Positions 59,935 through 64,000 of a DNA stretch of 64,000 nt are shown one piece after another. The notes under the pieces were generated by a model, which saw nothing but the letters and a program-made list of their open reading frames with translations, had not been told where the DNA came from and did not search any database. This stretch comes from Octopus sinensis (lineage: Eukaryota), in assembly GCF_006345805.1 (NCBI RefSeq), contig NC_042997.1:66836001-66900000 (forward strand). The letters are read 5' to 3'. Every line of letters begins with the position of its first letter. Position 1 is the first letter of the stretch. The position numbers and the translations under genes were made by a program.

Positions 59935-62477
59935 TCCTTTTATAACTCCTCTTTGTACCTCTGTCTTCACTTCTGTTTCATGGACTCCTCTCATTCTTCT
60001 TGAGTAAAGGTTAATGCACAACACTGTTTGTAGTTAAATCCAGAAGTGGGGAATCTTTTTAGTGCAGCTGGCAAAAATTTCCAAAGAAAAAGGTCCACGA
60101 GTGGATCGCAAGTTCTAACTCTTATTTCTGTATAAATCTTGTATATATCTATGTATAATTCGATATACATTATTAAAGATAGGTTTAACACATTAAGTTA
60201 ATGCATAACATCTTCATTAATGCTGCCATTGAATTTAGGACATTTATATTACATATATATTTTTCAGCTTGAGTGTAGTTGGGTCTTAAGGGGCTGGTAC
60301 AAACCTGGCAATGTGTTTTATAGTGAAAACAAAATTTCCATTCAAATGGCAATTACTGGATGATTTTTATTTGAGTCTGACCATTTTAAATCATAGAGAA
60401 AACATGACCTATATTGCAAATAGGCATAGAAATATTGTATAAATTTTAGAATTGAAAAATTTACTATATTTTGTACATACGAGTATACCAGCCTGCGGGT
60501 ACAATAAAATGCTATAGACAAAAAAACAACACCAAATAGTGCAACTGTAGAATTTGAGGAATATTGTGATTTTCTGTGGCAATAAGTAGTGGTCTTGTAT
60601 ACTCCAGATACAAGAATGGAAACCTCTTTCGAGGTGAAGTAATGATGTTAAAGTATGGAAGGAAAAACACGTATGATTAACTCCAGCAGTTAAACCATAT
60701 CAGGCCAAAGTATTCTTCCTGTTTTATGTTCAAACCAGCCAGATCTGGCCACTTACACCTACCCTATAATGTCATTCTAAAAGTAAACAATCACATCATC
60801 TTGAAGCTAAAGCAATATGAATAAATAAGCATTGCATTTGACAGAGCAATCTGAATGCTAAAGGGTTAAAGTCAGTAATGAGACCCAGGTCAGTTGGAAA
60901 TTAAGGCATGCACAAAAATGGTATTAGTGAAGGAGAGTACAGGTAGTTGTAAGAAAGCATGTTGAGAGCAATGCAAAGAAAATTCAGTTGAACTGATGTA
61001 TGTAGAAATGAAGTGTGTGACATTGAAGGGAGTGGGTAGGTGTTGGCAAGAATGTCAAGAGCAATTAAAAACAAGGTCAGTTGAATTATTGCCTGTACAA
61101 ATAAGATGAACAGGGAAGCGGATGTGGGTGGGTTTTTTTTGAAAAAATTTAGAGTAATGAAAAGAGGAGAAGGGAAAGGAAGTGGGTGTGTTGGGAAAAA
61201 TAAAAAATTGTTGGAGAAATAAATTAGATTTAAGGAATTGTATAGGCACAGGTGTGGCTGTGTGGTAAGAAGCTTGCTTCCCAACCACATTGTTCCAGGT
61301 TCAGTTCCACTTTGTGGAACCTTGGGCAAGTGGCTTGTGAGTGAATTTGGTAGATGGAAACTCAAAGAAGCCTGTTGTATGTATCTATGTGTGTGATTGT
61401 GTTTGCCTTCACCACTTGACAACTGGTGTTGGTGTGTTTACATTCCAATAACTTAGCAGTTCGGCAATAGAGGCCAAGAGAATAAGTACTAGGCTTTAAA
61501 AAATTAAGTCCTGGGTTCAATTTGACAGAAACCCCTCAAAGTGGTGCTCCAGCATGGTTGCAGTCAGATGACTGAAACAAGTGAAAGATAAGAAAGAGTA
61601 AAAGAAAGACTATAAACAAAAGAAATGTACAGAGAATTGAGGCAGAAAAATGAGAGAAGTGGTTGTGTACCTTAAAGTATCATATCAAATATATTATTTT
61701 CCCTACCCAAAAAATTATGATTTAGGTTTTTAAAATTGTTAAAATTTGCTCTAGTTTCTGTAAGGGTAGAATTGCCAGCCATATCCCCAAATTAGGGGTC
61801 ATATTTCAAATTTTCATTTCCATAGGTGCAGAATTCTATAACATGGAGGATATCTGTATATCAGTATTTTTTTCTCCACAGAAAGAATGAAAAAGACACT
61901 AGTTTACAATTGTCACAGTACAGCAACAGTGAAAATCTGCAGCATATACTGACTCCTTAAAAGTAAATAGATACCTCTCGTACCATTTTACCCATGTGGA
62001 TACTTCCTGGTGTTTCAAACTTGTTAACTTATTGTGCACAAGGCATGTCCACTAAATACTAGATTAAGTATTTAAAGGTATCAAATGACATTTTCTTTTC
62101 TAGAAATAAATCTTTCAAAAATGATAGTGTCTATTTAATTTCGAGCTGGGTGTATGGTGAAAAAAGTTTGAGCTCAGTCCCATTACACTTGCACCTTGGG
62201 CAAATATAGACCTGGGTTGACCAAAGCTTTGTCAGTGGATTTGGTAGAGAGAAACTGAAAGATGGCCAGTTTATATATGTGTATATATATACATACATGC
62301 ACATATATATGTACACACACATATACGTCAGACCTGTTGGACTGTCCAAACCTTGCTAGTGAGGAAGGCATGTTAAAAAAATGATGTGTGTGTGTATATA
62401 CATACAAACACGCACTAACCCTTGGTATTTATGTGTGTCTCTCTCTCTCGTGTATATATATATATTTATATATATCA

Positions 62478-62722
62478 TCATCATTTAACATCTGCTTTCC
62501 ATGTTGGATTGGGTTGGATGGTTTGACTGGGGGCTGGCAAACCAGAAGGCTGTACCAGGCTCCAAGCCAATCTGACAAAGTTTCTACAGCTGGATGCCCT
62601 TACTAATGCCAACCACTTCGAGTGTGTAGTGGGCACTTTTTATATGCCACCAGCATGAGGGCCAGTCAGGTGGTACTGGCATTGACCACACTTGAATGGT
62701 GCTTTTTACATGCCACCAACAC
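62478..62722 (-). mobile_element. RTE 3'-UTR fragment related to family A
   Basis: (CAT)n tail and GGTGCTTTTTACATGCCACC repeats, as in 56181-56520. Confidence 0.8.
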
Positions 62723-62727
62723 GGTTT

Positions 62728-63300
62728 ACCACAATTTACTTCCTCCCCAAAATCCATAAACCTAACAACCCTGGCTGCTCCATCGTCTCAGCCTGCAACT
62801 GCCCCACCAAACTAAAAACAATCATCTGTAAAGGGCAGATAGTTCCAGGACAGCAATTATAATTAGGTGAACACAGTCCCCAAAATTCACCTAATTATAA
62901 TTGCCGTCCTGGAACCATCTGCCTGTTACAAACCCATTGCAGAAGACATAATGTAATTTACAAATGCACGGTCTTTAATCTATTACACAACTCTACAGCC
63001 ATATACATAGGCTCAACCAAAACTTTTAAGCAACGATATGCCACTCACCTCCATTCGTTAGATATGATAAACATAGTAAATCTACAACACTCGTCAACAT
63101 CATCTCAGAAATACAAATATACCCTATACTCTAACATGGTCCATACTGGACTCAGGACTTCCCTACTGAGGTTAATGCTCAACCTGAAAATTTTGCCTGA
63201 AGGAAGCACTTCACATATTAAAGCACAACTCTCCAGAACTGCTAAATAAACATAATGAGGCACTAAGCACATGCAACCACTGCTTTTTTCACACATTCAA
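62728..63300 (+). mobile_element. Penelope-like element fragments (RT N-terminus and GIY-YIG endonuclease)
   Basis: YFLPKIHKPNNPG..IVSACNCPT at ~62735-62810, and NCR..IC....CRRHNVIYKCTV..IYIGSTKTFKQRY..H at ~62890-63060. Confidence 0.85.
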
Positions 63301-63698
63301 ATTCAACCACAAATCCAAATACCTAAATGACCATACAGTACATTTCCACAATACCCCTTAAGTAATCCCAATAACCTTATAAATCTACATTCTAACTCCT
63401 AATCCCTATCTAATTCCTCACTCATATTTGAATATCACATATTTGTGTGTACGTGTATCCATCCATGTGTGCATGTATATGTATGAGTGAGTATATGTGG
63501 ATATGTATGAGTGAATGTATGCGTACATGTATGTATGTGTGAATGTACGTATGTATGCAAGGTATATATACCTGTGTATACAGGGGTGATAATACATGCA
63601 GATGCACATGTGTGCATATACATACAAGTAAGAGTTGTATATGTAGATATTGATATGTATAAACATCTGTATAAATAAATATATATATATATGTCTAA

Positions 63699-63702
<4 letters not shown>

Positions 63703-63740
<38 letters not shown>
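63703..63740. repeat. (TAT)n microsatellite
   Basis: Direct inspection. Confidence 0.95.
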
Positions 63741-63741
<1 letters not shown>

Positions 63742-64000
63742 TTCAGCTTCGCCTTGTATTGCATATTATTTCTCCATACAGGGGTTTTTTCAATGGCGGC
63801 CCATTTTCGCGGGGTTCCACTATTTCCCTTCTCTCTCTCCCTCTTTTACGTTGTCTGCCATCCCCCCTCTTCCTTTGCTAAGAGCATTTAAGCCAGCCCG
63901 TCATATTCCCGTGTCAGGCCGAAGAACGAAATGTTCCCAAGATAAGAGAGTCTTTCTAATCTAATGTTGTGGTTGAGCTGTTTATTATTTATTATTATTA

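Overview
AT-rich, microsatellite-rich animal genomic DNA. The SINE, LINE and MITE families resemble those of octopod cephalopods (Octopus-like; inferred from recalled repeat consensus, not from a search). No prokaryotic system, CRISPR array, rRNA or true tRNA is present, and most ORFs in the track are repeat or antisense artefacts. Transposable elements dominate: a full-length GC-rich RTE LINE (50867-54841, 12-bp TSD) nested in a DD41D/rosa-like Tc1/mariner transposase; a second RTE family in four copies (one near-intact at 56181-59590); Penelope-like fragments with degenerate minimal hammerhead motifs; Tigger, hAT, Chapaev3 and mariner relics; several MITEs; and four tRNA-derived SINE types. 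Host-gene evidence comes from splice signals only: a probable terminal exon plus long 3' UTR at ~2.8-7.9 kb (+), a candidate multi-exon orphan gene at ~26.4-37.7 kb (-), a CpG-retaining promoter domain at ~39.8-47 kb with a first coding exon at 41870 (+), and a probable terminal exon at 59758 (+). I could not establish a clearly novel biological system. The best leads are the putative divergent gene pair and orphan gene, the possibly horizontally acquired RTE with a structured 5' end, and the hammerhead remnants.
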